A stretch of DNA of 64,000 nucleotides from Bdellovibrionales bacterium (GTDB lineage Bacteria > Bdellovibrionota > Bdellovibrionia > Bdellovibrionales > UBA1609). A program made the translations under genes and the position numbers. The stretch covers positions 64,001 to 128,000 of the forward strand of contig JAWLHR010000002.1 of assembly GCA_041690295.1 (NCBI GenBank), read 5' to 3'. Positions 40,330 to 51,198 of this stretch are shown here, piece by piece. Numbering within the stretch: the first letter of the stretch is position 1; each line of letters opens with the position of its first letter. The notes below the pieces were generated by a model. That model searched no databases. It was not told the origin of the DNA and saw nothing but the letters and a program-made list of their open reading frames with translations.

Positions 40330-43053
40330 ATGCTTGAAGTTATCGCCTGCGATCATCCTGAGCGGAAAAGGGAACACTTTTCCCGAATGAATCCCAAAGA
40401 AGTGACTTGGGTGGTGTCCGACTTGCAGTCGAAATGGCATCTGCAGCGTGAATGGCTCTCAAAGTATGGCCTGCTTGATCAAACCAGCGTGCTGCGGGCC
40501 AGCGAATTGTGGCGCAAGTTGGCGCTTCAGATCCGTCCGCGGATTAAATGGCTCTCTTTGGAACTCGCGCAAATTTTGATTTGGAAACGAATTGAAGAAA
40601 AAAATCTGCCTTGGCTGAAATCACCCGCATCGGTGCGCACCGTCCTGAAACAAATGGAGATGTGGGTGAGCGTTTTCGCCAATCCCGATTACAAATCCGT
40701 TATGTCCGAATGGTTCACCGCCAATTCGGAATCTTTCACCCGTTGGGGCCATTGGTTTCTTCTCTGCTCCGAACTGTGGGAGGAAATGTGCGAAAAGGAT
40801 TGGCTTCTCACGCAATGGACTCCGGGATTGCTCCTCAGCGAGGGAAGTGAGCGCCTCGTGTGGAATAAGAAATTGGTTTTCGATTTGGGTCCCCAGATCT
40901 CACAGGCGGAAGGACAGTTGATTCGTGAGTTGGGACGGCGATTCGACGTGCAGGTGCTTTATCCGGACGCGCCTTGGCTGGCCCTGATGCCACAGACCTT
41001 GCAACCTTATGCCGACATGGTGGATCGCCCGGATCAGATCGTTTCCCAATGGGAACCGCAGAAAAACGAGCGATGGTCGTTCGGTCGTTTTTCCACCCAG
41101 TTGGCGGAAGTGAAAGATGCGGTGGCGCAAGTGCGGATCTGGTTGGAAGAGGGCGTTCAACCTGAAAAAATCGGAATCGTGGCTCCGGACATCGAGACCC
41201 ATTGGCCGGCGCTTCGCTTGTATTTCGAGCGCGAGGGAATTCCCGTCAACAAAGCGGTGACCGCCAAGATGGGTTCCTTTGTGGATTTGGCTCATTGGAC
41301 GGCGGCGGTGCGGACAAGACTTAGAAAAGCTCAGGCCAATGATCTGGAAATTTATTTTTACTCTAATGTGGACAAGCCACGTCTCGCGGTCAGCGAGTTT
41401 CGCCGGCTCTTCACCCACTTTTATGACGAGCGTGACCTGGCCCGGGGTGAACATTTGTTCACAAGTGAGGATGGGGAGATCCCAGCCACATTGGGCGTTC
41501 GCGAATTTCTCGCCTGGGCATTGAAATATTGGCAGGGTCCCGCCACGGAACGCCTGGACACGCTCCTTGGACTGATGGCGCAGGAGGTGCCACCTGATTT
41601 GTCACTGCCCGTGGAGGAGTGGCTCACTTATGTTGAAGGCGTCATCGCGCGCCGGGAAGTGACGCTGGCGCCACCAGCTGACAATGGTGTGGCTTGCGTG
41701 TCACTGAGCTCGGCGCATTGGCTCCCACTAACGCACGTTGTGCTGGTGAATCTGAGTGAAAGCGCGCTACGCAATGTTGAGCGCTCACCGGTCAGCCCCG
41801 CCGAGGCCTCGCGCATTTTCTACGACACCGGCATGGCCTTAGGTTCGGTGGATCGACAACAATTGGAGTTTGAACTTATTTGGTTTTGGCAAAAGCCCCA
41901 TGAGCAATTGCGGTTGACGTTCGCCGAAACGGACTTTCAAGGTGCGGTTAACAGCGCCTCACGGTTTTGGATGTGGGCCGCCATTCAAAATGAAAAACTG
42001 AAACGGGGGCCCGAAGCGCCCCGCCTGACCCGGTGGGATGAGTGGCAGAGAATGCCGTTTTCCCGTTGGCTTGAATTGATGGACCTTGAGGAAAGCGATC
42101 GCGCGAACCTCACGCACGCGATCAACCGCGACGTGAATGGAAACGGCTCCTGGCCCGCACAAAACGGTGTTTCGATTTCGGCGTCCAGCTTAAGCGCCTT
42201 CTGGGAGTGTCCTTTCGTCTTCGCCATGGAGAAAAGACTTGGTTTTCGCGACGAGCCCGCACTGGATTTGGACGTGGATCACTTTTCGCGCGGGCGTTTG
42301 CTCCACGCCCTGCTTGAGGTTTTGGGCTCTGAGCCGGTGCGGTTTGACTGGCGCGATGATGAAATTCTCGATCTCCTGGAAAAATCTCGCGAGAGGGAAA
42401 AAATCGAAATTGGCGAAGAAAAACTATGGCCGGCGGTTAAGGCGCAACACCTGCGCCTGGCCCGTAAGTTTCTGGAGTTCGAAAGGGATTGGCGCACGAA
42501 GTTTCCAAACACCAAGAACGTGGGCCATGAAATCCCGTTTGAGATTTTCTGGGACGTAAAAACCGGTGAGCCGGTGAAAGAGAAGCGTCCCGTGCGGCTT
42601 CGGGGGCGCATCGACCGGATCGATCAAGACTCAAAAGGACGCTACGCCGTTATCGATTACAAGAGCGGTGCGACGAAGCTCACCAGTTGGGGATCCTGGC
42701 TGAAAAATCATCAGATCCAACTTCCGTTATATGCCTGGTTGCTTGAGCGTGGATTGTTGAATCTGCCAAGCGGGCCGGTTGTCGCCGCCAATTATTTTGT
42801 GGTCCGTGATCAGGATCGTAACCGCGGCTTTTATTTGCGCGATGAAAGCGCGGAACTTTATGACCCAAAGGAAAAGCGGCGCAATTACATTGAGACGGCG
42901 GAAAAAGAGGAGTTGTTCGCGCAAATGGGTGAAAACATTAATTCCGCGCTGAACGCGATTCTCTCGGGGCGGCTTGATCCCGTGCCCGAGGATCCGAAGA
43001 TTTGCGAAAAATGTCATTGGAGAAGGCAGTGTCGGGCACCCCATCTGAACTGA
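40330..43053 (+). CDS. addB: AddB-like PD-(D/E)xK nuclease subunit
   Basis: SASSLSAFWECP, RGRIDRID, IDYKSG, QLPLY, and CEKCHWRRQC Fe-S staple. Confidence 0.88.
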   Translation: MLEVIACDHPERKREHFSRMNPKEVTWVVSDLQSKWHLQREWLSKYGLLDQTSVLRASELWRKLALQIRPRIKWLSLELAQILIWKRIEEKNLPWLKSPASVRTVLKQMEMWVSVFANPDYKSVMSEWFTANSESFTRWGHWFLLCSELWEEMCEKDWLLTQWTPGLLLSEGSERLVWNKKLVFDLGPQISQAEGQLIRELGRRFDVQVLYPDAPWLALMPQTLQPYADMVDRPDQIVSQWEPQKNERWSFGRFSTQLAEVKDAVAQVRIWLEEGVQPEKIGIVAPDIETHWPALRLYFEREGIPVNKAVTAKMGSFVDLAHWTAAVRTRLRKAQANDLEIYFYSNVDKPRLAVSEFRRLFTHFYDERDLARGEHLFTSEDGEIPATLGVREFLAWALKYWQGPATERLDTLLGLMAQEVPPDLSLPVEEWLTYVEGVIARREVTLAPPADNGVACVSLSSAHWLPLTHVVLVNLSESALRNVERSPVSPAEASRIFYDTGMALGSVDRQQLEFELIWFWQKPHEQLRLTFAETDFQGAVNSASRFWMWAAIQNEKLKRGPEAPRLTRWDEWQRMPFSRWLELMDLEESDRANLTHAINRDVNGNGSWPAQNGVSISASSLSAFWECPFVFAMEKRLGFRDEPALDLDVDHFSRGRLLHALLEVLGSEPVRFDWRDDEILDLLEKSREREKIEIGEEKLWPAVKAQHLRLARKFLEFERDWRTKFPNTKNVGHEIPFEIFWDVKTGEPVKEKRPVRLRGRIDRIDQDSKGRYAVIDYKSGATKLTSWGSWLKNHQIQLPLYAWLLERGLLNLPSGPVVAANYFVVRDQDRNRGFYLRDESAELYDPKEKRRNYIETAEKEELFAQMGENINSALNAILSGRLDPVPEDPKICEKCHWRRQCRAPHLN

Positions 43054-45995
43054 AAGAATTCGTGGTTCGCGCCGGAGCGGGTGCGGGAAAGACTTATGGA
43101 CTGGTGGAGCGAGTCACGGCGGTTTATCGTGAGTTCGCCAAGGCGAAACGTAGGCCGCGGATTGTGCTCACCACATTCACCCGCAAGGCCACTCAGGAAT
43201 TGAAAGAGCGTTTGATCCTTAAAGCCTGTGAAACCAAGGACCCGGCTTATTTACAGTTTGTCTCCGACCCGCTTTCGCTGCACATTTCAACGATTCATGG
43301 TCTGTTGAATGTTTTTTTAAAACAAGTGGGGCATTTGGCCCAACTCGATAGCGGTTTTCAGATCATGGATGAGCGCGAGGCCACGCGCTTGGCCCGCCGC
43401 GCTTGGCGCGAAGTTTTGATCCGCCATCCGAATGGACTGCGCTGGTTTGAAGACTTCGGGCTGAACCGAACTTTAAAAATGGTTCGGGCCTTTGATTTGA
43501 AATCCAGGGAGTGGGGACCGCTCTCACCCGCCGTCCTTAAGGATATCGAAGAGGTGGCGAATCAAAGAAAACAGGAATGGCGGACGAAGCTTTATGAACT
43601 TTCGGCCCGAGTTCTTGAAGAAGCGGCGGGAAAGAGCTGGGAAAAATTCGGCATGGAACTTCGTCGCTTCGCCGATGAATGGCCCGAGTCATTGCCACGC
43701 AAACCAAGTCGGAGTTCGAAAAACCCCGAGTACGAAGATCTGCATAAACTGATTGAAGAAACTCTCAAGCCCTTGCGTAAGGAGCTTGACGAACCCGGTT
43801 GGAATCCGGAGCGTTGGCCTCGAATGGCGGAGAGGTGGGAAGAGTTCAGGCCTGTGGCGGAGGAGTTCGCGCGGGAATTCGCCGCTCTTAAAGAACGCCA
43901 CAGCCGTTTTGAAATGTCCGATCTTGAACTTCTGACTCTCGCGATCCTCAAAGAAAAACCATTTCTCGGTTCCATCTTCGCCGAGAATTGGGACTATTGG
44001 ATGATCGATGAGTTTCAGGACACAAGCCCCTTGCAGGTGACCTGTTTGAATGCTCTGATCGCCAATCAAAAACGTTACTTGGTGGGGGATCCGCAACAAA
44101 GCATTTATCTTTTTCGTGGATCCGATGTGACAGTCTTCGCCAAGGCCGAAAAGGAGATGAAAGGACAAGGGGCGGAGTGCGTTCAACTTCGAGTGAATTA
44201 CCGTTCCGAGCCGGGCCTTTTACGTTTGATCAATGATTTCATGGCCAGCGTCGATCAAAGTTTCGCGCCGATGGAGCCGAACCGCGCGGACGGGGATAAA
44301 AATTCGGCCTGCGCCGTCTTCTTGCGGGCCCGAGATGCGGATCATGAACTCAATGGAATCGTTTCCCGCGTGAGCGAACTCATCAAGCGTGGCGCCAAAC
44401 TCCAGGATATCTGTGTACTCGGTCGAACTCACAAGAATCTTCTCGACGTGGCCAAAGCGTTGCGCGCCCATGGATTTCCCACCCATGTGCACGCCTCACG
44501 AGGGTTCACCGCCCGGCGTGAAGTCATGGATGCGCAAGCCCTTTGGACTTTCCTTCTGAATCCCCACGATTCGGAGAATTTAGTGGCGCTCCTTCGTTCG
44601 CCCTGGTTCTTTGTGCCTGACGATCAAATCGAAGCATGGATGGCGAACTCGAAAGGGCAAAAATCTCTCTGGTCGGTGCTGTTGGATCTCGCCGAAGATC
44701 AAGCGCCTCGCTCGGTGGCCAAACTTAAGGCAGGCGCGTTTTCCGTGCGGGAGATGGGCGTGACTTACGCCTTTGAATCGCTGATCCGCGAAGGTTATTG
44801 CCTTGATTTGGCTTTGCACAATGATCCCGCCGGGCGAAAGGAATCCAATCTTTGGAAAATGATCATGAAGGCCCGCGCTCTCGAGCGCGAAGGCACGCGA
44901 TCACTGCTGGATTTGCGCGGCGAGGAGCTGATCTTCGACCCGCTCGATATCACGGAAGGGGATGCGGCTTCGGCTCAGGAGCCCAATTGCATCAATCTCA
45001 TGACCATTCATGCGGCGAAAGGCTTGGAGTTCGCCCATGTGATTATTCCCTTCATGGGTGAGGCGCCCCAATACTCATCCACGGCTGAGTTCAACGCCAG
45101 CGAGGGGAAATTTCATTTTCCAATGTGGGATGAAGACAGCGGGGAAAATATTCCTTCGCCTTTGGATATGGAAAGCCGCAAGCGTTTGCGGGCGCGTGAA
45201 GCGGAAGAACTGAACCGCTGGCTTTACGTGGCCGTCACTCGCGCCAAACAAACGCTGACGATGTCCTGGTCCGATGTTCATCGTGAGTCATGGGCAACGC
45301 GAAGCCCCTGGTTTCGGTCGGCGGCGGGTGTTTACGACAAACCGGAATATATCTTTGACGTTCGTGAAGAATGGCCTGAGCCGTCGCCTTACGATGTGAA
45401 GCGGGATGATGAACTTAAACCCCGTCCCTTGTGGTCAACCGTGAAAACGCTTTTGCCGCAATCTTTCGAGCGCCAATCAGTGACGGAAATTTTGAATCGA
45501 AAGGCGGCGATGGATCAGCGCGAGCCCACTCGGCCTGATGTTCGCGGATTTGAATCCCGCGCGGTCGGCCAACGCATCCACAGGGCGCTCGAGAATTTGA
45601 AATTTCACGCCCAAACGGAAGTCGGCGAGGACCCGGCGGTTAGGTTTGTCCTTGGTCTCAAGTCCCCGCCCATGCGTGAGCTGATCCGCGAAGGCGAGGT
45701 GGAATGGGGATTCCAGGTGCAAACCAAGAGTGGCGTGCTCGAGGGCCAAATTGATCTTTGGGGAAAGGCGAATGGACGCCTGTTCATTATTGATTATAAA
45801 ACCGGATCCATGTCGAGACTCGAGCAGGCGTTCACGCAACTTGAAATTTACGGTTGGGCTCTTAGAAAGTTCGGTCATTCAGAGCCCATGGAATTGTGGG
45901 TGATTTATCCGCTCGCGGAAAAGGTGGAGCGCCGCGAGTTCACCGAAGAGTTATTTTCTCGCTGGGAAGTTGAACTCGGCCTGCCCCAAACTTGA
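43029..45995 (+). CDS. addA: AddA-like UvrD helicase-nuclease
   Basis: AGAGAGKT, IDEFQDTS, VGDPQQSIYLFRG, TIHAAKGLEF, YVAVTRA, GQID...IDYKTG; GTG start at 43029 inferred. Confidence 0.92.
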   Translation: MSGTPSELKEFVVRAGAGAGKTYGLVERVTAVYREFAKAKRRPRIVLTTFTRKATQELKERLILKACETKDPAYLQFVSDPLSLHISTIHGLLNVFLKQVGHLAQLDSGFQIMDEREATRLARRAWREVLIRHPNGLRWFEDFGLNRTLKMVRAFDLKSREWGPLSPAVLKDIEEVANQRKQEWRTKLYELSARVLEEAAGKSWEKFGMELRRFADEWPESLPRKPSRSSKNPEYEDLHKLIEETLKPLRKELDEPGWNPERWPRMAERWEEFRPVAEEFAREFAALKERHSRFEMSDLELLTLAILKEKPFLGSIFAENWDYWMIDEFQDTSPLQVTCLNALIANQKRYLVGDPQQSIYLFRGSDVTVFAKAEKEMKGQGAECVQLRVNYRSEPGLLRLINDFMASVDQSFAPMEPNRADGDKNSACAVFLRARDADHELNGIVSRVSELIKRGAKLQDICVLGRTHKNLLDVAKALRAHGFPTHVHASRGFTARREVMDAQALWTFLLNPHDSENLVALLRSPWFFVPDDQIEAWMANSKGQKSLWSVLLDLAEDQAPRSVAKLKAGAFSVREMGVTYAFESLIREGYCLDLALHNDPAGRKESNLWKMIMKARALEREGTRSLLDLRGEELIFDPLDITEGDAASAQEPNCINLMTIHAAKGLEFAHVIIPFMGEAPQYSSTAEFNASEGKFHFPMWDEDSGENIPSPLDMESRKRLRAREAEELNRWLYVAVTRAKQTLTMSWSDVHRESWATRSPWFRSAAGVYDKPEYIFDVREEWPEPSPYDVKRDDELKPRPLWSTVKTLLPQSFERQSVTEILNRKAAMDQREPTRPDVRGFESRAVGQRIHRALENLKFHAQTEVGEDPAVRFVLGLKSPPMRELIREGEVEWGFQVQTKSGVLEGQIDLWGKANGRLFIIDYKTGSMSRLEQAFTQLEIYGWALRKFGHSEPMELWVIYPLAEKVERREFTEELFSRWEVELGLPQT

Positions 45996-46541
45996 CGTCA
46001 AAATCACTTTGACATCGTTTTGTTCGATGGTCGTCATCGGAACATTAAATGTGATCTCGTAAGGCGTGCTGAAGCGATCCATGTAGGGAAAGATCGAGCG
46101 CAGCTCCACGAACTTCTGCGAGACTTTAGTGACCTTTCCTTCAAAGCGATTGCCCTTGTACTCCAAGAACACCTTCCAGATGGATTTTCCCTTGTGAAGA
46201 TCATCGTACTCATGTTCCGGGGAATAAAAGCGCATAAAAAACTTGGCGTAGGCGTTGGCTTCCTGCACGGCTTTTTCCCGTTCGGTTTGGAAATCTCTTT
46301 GCGTCCACTGCAGAAAACTGGCTCTTTGCCTCAGAGTGGCGCTTTGCACTTCGGTGGTGAGCATGGTTACGTGCGCCTGGAACGTCTGGTACAGGCCGGA
46401 GTATTGATCGGTGCTCGCCGTGTGCCGCGAAATCAAGCGCTGGTACTCGCCCTGATCCATCGGTTCGACGCTGTCCGGACCCAATATCGGTCGTTGCGCG
46501 CAGGCGGTTAACACGAAAATAAGTGCGAGCACACGAACCAT
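45951..46541 (-). CDS. Hypothetical lipoprotein
   Basis: Lipobox LTAC; AGGAG RBS. Confidence 0.75.
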   Translation of the reverse strand: MVRVLALIFVLTACAQRPILGPDSVEPMDQGEYQRLISRHTASTDQYSGLYQTFQAHVTMLTTEVQSATLRQRASFLQWTQRDFQTEREKAVQEANAYAKFFMRFYSPEHEYDDLHKGKSIWKVFLEYKGNRFEGKVTKVSQKFVELRSIFPYMDRFSTPYEITFNVPMTTIEQNDVKVILTSSLGQAEFNFPARK

Positions 46542-46543
46542 GG

Positions 46544-47383
46544 TTAAGCTCCTAAAAACGGATTGATGAATTTTTTAAGATCCTTGATCGCCTTGGAGCG
46601 ATCACGGTCATTGAACACTTCATGCAAGCTGTCGGGATACATGATGAGTTCTTTATTTTTAGCTTCGAGTTTTTCAAAGAAATCCCGCGCCGCCTCGGTG
46701 CTGACCAGCCGATCCTCGCCGGAAACCTGCATGAGCACCGGTTTTTTTATTTCACCGGTTTGGTCATGAGCCAAGTCGAAGGACTCCACCATGCTTAAAA
46801 ATAGACCAGGAGAAATCTTGTCATGGCGAAGCGTATCCGACTGGTGGGATTTAAGCATGTCTTCATCGCGGGTCAGATCCTCGTAACGGATTTCATTGTA
46901 CATGGTCAGTGTCGGCACCCATTTCACGGCGATATGGGCCAGCGCTTCTTTGATGCGCGGAACTTTGACCGTGAGTCCAAGCGCTGGCGAACTCACGCAA
47001 AGGGCGGCGTATTCAGGTTTGAAATTCTGGATATACCGGATCGTGACCAAACCACCCATGGAATGTCCGAACAGCACCAGGTTCTCCGGAGTGTCATGGC
47101 GGACCACGGTGGTGAGAAGCGTATTCAAATCTTCGATGTAATTGTTCAGGTGTCGAACGTACCCGCGCTTGCCTTCCGAGCGGCCATGTCCTCGCAAGTC
47201 CCAACCGAACACCTTCCAACCGTCTTCACAAAGCTCCCGGGCGACATGATGGTAGCATTCACTGTGTTCGGCGAGTCCGTGGGTGATAACGATGGCTCCG
47301 CGGATCTTGTCCGGAGTCCAGGTCTGATAAAAGAGTTCAGTGCCGTCGAACCCTTTGAAATACCCTTCATGGCGTTGCAACAT
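46544..47383 (-). CDS. Lysophospholipase-like alpha/beta hydrolase
   Basis: HGLAEHS, DLRGHGRS, GHSMGG, GEDRLV and HEVFN motifs. Confidence 0.92.
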   Translation of the reverse strand: MLQRHEGYFKGFDGTELFYQTWTPDKIRGAIVITHGLAEHSECYHHVARELCEDGWKVFGWDLRGHGRSEGKRGYVRHLNNYIEDLNTLLTTVVRHDTPENLVLFGHSMGGLVTIRYIQNFKPEYAALCVSSPALGLTVKVPRIKEALAHIAVKWVPTLTMYNEIRYEDLTRDEDMLKSHQSDTLRHDKISPGLFLSMVESFDLAHDQTGEIKKPVLMQVSGEDRLVSTEAARDFFEKLEAKNKELIMYPDSLHEVFNDRDRSKAIKDLKKFINPFLGA

Positions 47384-47437
47384 GCTTTATTTTTAGTCCA
47401 AATGGACAAAGGGTCAAGGACCTCCTAGGATTGAGAA

Positions 47438-47935
47438 ATGACCAGAATTTTTCTGCTGATTTTCTTAATGTCCACTCCGGCGTGGGCGCAAAACGAAGGC
47501 GGGGGTGGAGCCGATCAGGATCCGTTTTTCGAAATGGGTTTCCATCTGGGAAACTTGCTCCCCAATCAGATCAATGGCGTCACCGAGATCATGGGACTTG
47601 GTGGTATTCGCACCGGCTTAAGAATGAGTGAAGGGTCTTATTTCGAAGCCGGATTCATCGCGGGCAATGGCGAAGGACAGGAGTGGAAGAACCTTCACGC
47701 CGATATTCGCATGGACATTCCGATTGAGAATCTGGTGGCGTTGGCTTACATCGGCGCGGACGCCGTTTATTATAGCGGTCATGGAGTTTCCGATAAAGTT
47801 GTCTTTGGCGGCCATGCGGGTGGTGGTGTGCAAGCTCAGCTCACCGGCGTCACGTGGTTTCGCGCCGATATGAAATTCGGTTTCAGCCCGGGGACATCGC
47901 TTTATATCGGCTGCGGCTTTTCCTGGCGGTTTTGA
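47438..47935 (+). CDS. Small outer membrane beta-barrel protein
   Basis: Signal peptide ending AWA; Gly-rich strands; ends GFSWRF. Confidence 0.75.
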   Translation: MTRIFLLIFLMSTPAWAQNEGGGGADQDPFFEMGFHLGNLLPNQINGVTEIMGLGGIRTGLRMSEGSYFEAGFIAGNGEGQEWKNLHADIRMDIPIENLVALAYIGADAVYYSGHGVSDKVVFGGHAGGGVQAQLTGVTWFRADMKFGFSPGTSLYIGCGFSWRF

Positions 47936-48030
47936 GACTTGGACGAGCCGCGTTCGGGTTTTTCGGTCGGTTCTTTCACATTGAAAATATCTATTGGATT
48001 TCCTCCGGCGCCACCGGTAGTCTAACCGGC

Positions 48031-48501
48031 ATGAAGCGAATCATTATCCTTTTGCTTATGACATTCATTGGAGCGACCGCTTCCGCGCAAGATCATCGCT
48101 CTGGGATTTATACCTACCCCATGCTCGAACCGGACCTTCTTGACTACGGGTCGTTTAAAATCACGGATATCGAACTTATACTCGATGAACTTGGGAAAAT
48201 CGTGCTTCAATTCACTCCGCCTCCACTTCTGACCGGGAGAACAACGTCCATTCAGTTGATTGGGATAAGTGTGGATGGGACAATGCGATTGTCTGGGGCC
48301 GATGGAAGCGCGAGATGTTTGCGTCTAAATGACGAAATCGTCTGCCGCATTAGGTACGCGCCATTTTATGCTGACGCGGCGAAAAGAGAAGAACTGATTC
48401 GCGGAAGCTCGAATGATCCGCAAGCCATCGCCAATCTGCTTCAAGTCGCTCGCCTGTTTGATGGCGAACCGATCGGCGTTCTCAGATTTCCCGCGCCTTA
48501 A
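48031..48501 (+). CDS. Secreted hypothetical protein
   Basis: MKRIIILLLMTFIGATASA signal; ends EPIGVLRF. Confidence 0.65.
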   Translation: MKRIIILLLMTFIGATASAQDHRSGIYTYPMLEPDLLDYGSFKITDIELILDELGKIVLQFTPPPLLTGRTTSIQLIGISVDGTMRLSGADGSARCLRLNDEIVCRIRYAPFYADAAKREELIRGSSNDPQAIANLLQVARLFDGEPIGVLRFPAP

Positions 48502-50230
48502 TTAAATATCGGGTTGCCCTCCCGTGGCCTCGGCGAATGAGCTTCTTTCGGCGCACTAAATCGGATAAATCACGAAACGCGGTCATATTGGATACCTGAA
48601 ACCATTCGCGGTAATTGGAAATACTGAACCAGGCGGAACTGGGGGGAGAAGTGAGAAGTTGAATTTGACGATAGTTCAGTGACGAATCGAAGATATTTAC
48701 GTTCTTAAAAGCTTGTTCGAGTCGAACTTCTCCTAAATCCCGCGCGCCAAGCCAAACCACTCGCAATTGAGACGCGAATCGATAGTTCCCTTCTTCAACG
48801 GCCAACCACGAAGCGAATGGTCCCAATATTCGCCGAAGCTTCGCCACCAAGCCATGCACGAGCGGATCGTGGCGAAGCGGATCGTACTGGTAGCGCCAGA
48901 CGGTTTGAATCAGGTCCGACTTCACCGCTGGTCCCATTTCGAGGCGCGAAATCAATTTTCGTAGCAAATCGCTCATGGCTCGCGAATTGTGCCACACCTC
49001 GCCCGCATGGCAGGCGGTGAGGGAGCGTGGTGCCAGATCCACGATCAATGTCGGCACTCGCGCATCAAGCTCCAAAATTTCCGGAAGAAGTCCCCAGAGT
49101 TCATATTGGACGATCAGTTTTCGGGCCTCGATCGGCTCCGCCGAGCGGATGCGATCGATCGCATCGCCGATGAGATCTTCACCTAATCCGTGAGTGCTCG
49201 TCTGCCCTTTGGATCGCGCGATAATCCGGCGATGGACAAAGTCGCCGTTGGGTAAAGCCGCATCTTCCTCGGGATGGCCTAATTCGCGAGCCAGCTTCAG
49301 GCGCAAACCATTGATTCGGTTCCAAATAGCGGCGTCGATTGAACGATCCACCGATTGCGCGGCCAAGTTCAGGAGCATCAAGGCCTGTTGCGATAGACCG
49401 CGCGACTTAATGAGAGCGGCATATCGGAAATGTAGAGTGGCGGAGTGTCTCTTGTGACCGTAACGGTGTATTTCTTCCGCGCTCGCTTCCAGCTCGCGTT
49501 CGGCGGCATTCGCTTTTCCGCGCAAAAGCAGTTGGCGTGCGAGTTCGAGTCGCAAGAGAGTCCTGGAATAGGTATCTGAAGGTTGAAGTTCCGAGATGGC
49601 GTTTTTGAGGTCCGTTACTGGGTGAGGCAAGTGACCGAATCGAGCGGAATAGTGTATCAGCGAAACGTGAATGGCGCCGACAAAGGTTGAATTTCCCAAG
49701 CGGCGTGCGAGATCTTTGGCTTTCTCCAGCTCGCGCAATCCCCGGATCACCTCACCGTCAAAGATCAGCGCTTGGCCGAGAAGATCGCGCGCTAAAATCT
49801 CACCAAAAAGAAAATCCAAGCTCAGTGCCAGTTTGAGCGCGGTCTCGGCCCCCCTCACCACTTCGCGCATGTCGCCGCGAAAGTAATTGAAAAACGCCAC
49901 GGCCTGATTGGTGAAATACAAAGTCTTTCGGCTCGGCCTCTTCGCGCATTCGGTTCGCATCGAGCGGATCTCAATTCGCGCTTTCGCGTAATCGGAAATC
50001 CGAATCCACCCAATGGCTAGGTAAAACCTCGCCTCCACACGAGCATCGGCGGATAAATGCTTTTTATTTTTATCAAAAATGACTTGCGCGAGTTCAAGCC
50101 GGCCCGCGAAGCCATAGGCACCGATCGCCGCCACGCAGTCTTTCGGGACATGTTTTTGCCGACGTCGGTCCCACGCCGTCAACGTTTCCTGAATTCGGCC
50201 TGAATGGAAAAGCCTTTCTAATTCACTCAT
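48482..50230 (-). CDS. TPR-like protein with winged-helix and C-terminal HTH (putative transcription regulator)
   Basis: Helical repeats; KSDLIQTVW...VAKLRRIL (OmpR-like wHTH); TAFRDLSDLV...GHGRATRY. Confidence 0.75.
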   Translation of the reverse strand: MSELERLFHSGRIQETLTAWDRRRQKHVPKDCVAAIGAYGFAGRLELAQVIFDKNKKHLSADARVEARFYLAIGWIRISDYAKARIEIRSMRTECAKRPSRKTLYFTNQAVAFFNYFRGDMREVVRGAETALKLALSLDFLFGEILARDLLGQALIFDGEVIRGLRELEKAKDLARRLGNSTFVGAIHVSLIHYSARFGHLPHPVTDLKNAISELQPSDTYSRTLLRLELARQLLLRGKANAAERELEASAEEIHRYGHKRHSATLHFRYAALIKSRGLSQQALMLLNLAAQSVDRSIDAAIWNRINGLRLKLARELGHPEEDAALPNGDFVHRRIIARSKGQTSTHGLGEDLIGDAIDRIRSAEPIEARKLIVQYELWGLLPEILELDARVPTLIVDLAPRSLTACHAGEVWHNSRAMSDLLRKLISRLEMGPAVKSDLIQTVWRYQYDPLRHDPLVHGLVAKLRRILGPFASWLAVEEGNYRFASQLRVVWLGARDLGEVRLEQAFKNVNIFDSSLNYRQIQLLTSPPSSAWFSISNYREWFQVSNMTAFRDLSDLVRRKKLIRRGHGRATRYLIKAREI

Positions 50231-50241
50231 TTAGACTGGAT

Positions 50242-50261
50242 TCATATCAAATCATATCAAA
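50242..50261. promoter_or_regulatory. Tandem 10-bp direct repeat TCATATCAAA x2, candidate operator
   Basis: Exact repeat in the short divergent intergenic region. Confidence 0.55.
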
Positions 50262-50326
50262 AATGCACGAGGGATTTGGTGGGCCCGGAAATGAATTTCC
50301 ATGAACTTAGCGCATGGGAGGGGACC

Positions 50327-50647
50327 ATGAAAAATTTCGCGATCATATTAAGCGGTTTATATTTGGCCGCATGCAATTACCAAGAGTTCAAGCAATCGCC
50401 CCAAGGCATGGCGGCGACGCCTCTGGAAGACGCGATCGTTCGCTTCGCGGATGTTAAGAGTTTCATTTTCGAAAACCATTGCACGCTTTGTCACGCGCGG
50501 TACGTCGAATACGAGGCGGTGGTGGCGGATTTGAGTGAAATTCGCGCGCGTGTTGAAAGCGATAATATGCCTAAGAACAGACCGCCGCTCTCGCCCGAGC
50601 TAAAAGCTCTCCTCTTCGCCTGGATCGACTCCGGAGCGCCGCTATGA
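50327..50647 (+). CDS. Monoheme c-type cytochrome lipoprotein
   Basis: GGAGG RBS, lipobox LAAC, CTLCH, distal Met in NMP, WIDSGAP. Confidence 0.85.
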   Translation: MKNFAIILSGLYLAACNYQEFKQSPQGMAATPLEDAIVRFADVKSFIFENHCTLCHARYVEYEAVVADLSEIRARVESDNMPKNRPPLSPELKALLFAWIDSGAPL

Positions 50648-51198
50648 GGGCTGTCATGAAATTCGGCTTTTTACTTTGGATCATCGCTCATTCCGCCCTT
50701 AGCCAGGCGGCGACCTACCAAATGCAGCAAGGGCTCGTGGAGTTCGCGGCCTTAGGTAAACCCGCCTTCATCAAAATCAATGGCCGTGGGCAGGGGCTTT
50801 CCGGAGCTGTCACGGAAAGCGAATCCACCCTTAGCGGGGTGATTGAATTTCAGCTGGACACTCTGAATACCGGAATCGACCTTCGCGATGAGCATATGAA
50901 AAAGCGTTATATGCAAACCCATCTCTATCCGAAAGCGGTGTTGCGTTTGATGGGGTTGAACCTTCCCGCGGATTTGGAAAAACCGTTTCCTTTCCAGGGC
51001 CGTCTGGAACTTCGGGATGTCATCAAAGGTATAGAGGGTCTGGCGAGAGTGAAAGCTGAAGGCGACCTTCATCGGATTGAGGCGGAATTTTCCATTAAGA
51101 TTTCCGAATTCGGAATCGACGTTCCGTCTTTTCAAGGAATCACTGTCACCGAAGATGTTAAAATCAAGGTCCACGCCCAGGCGCGGAGGTCTCCATGA
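50644..51198 (+). CDS. YceI-family polyisoprenoid-binding protein
   Basis: LNTGIDLRDEHM, YPKA, GRLELRDV and EFGI motifs. Confidence 0.9.
   Translation: MRAVMKFGFLLWIIAHSALSQAATYQMQQGLVEFAALGKPAFIKINGRGQGLSGAVTESESTLSGVIEFQLDTLNTGIDLRDEHMKKRYMQTHLYPKAVLRLMGLNLPADLEKPFPFQGRLELRDVIKGIEGLARVKAEGDLHRIEAEFSIKISEFGIDVPSFQGITVTEDVKIKVHAQARRSP

Noticed and set aside
40330..45995. Novel helicase-nuclease defence system or Cas4
   Set aside because: Architecture and order match housekeeping AddAB
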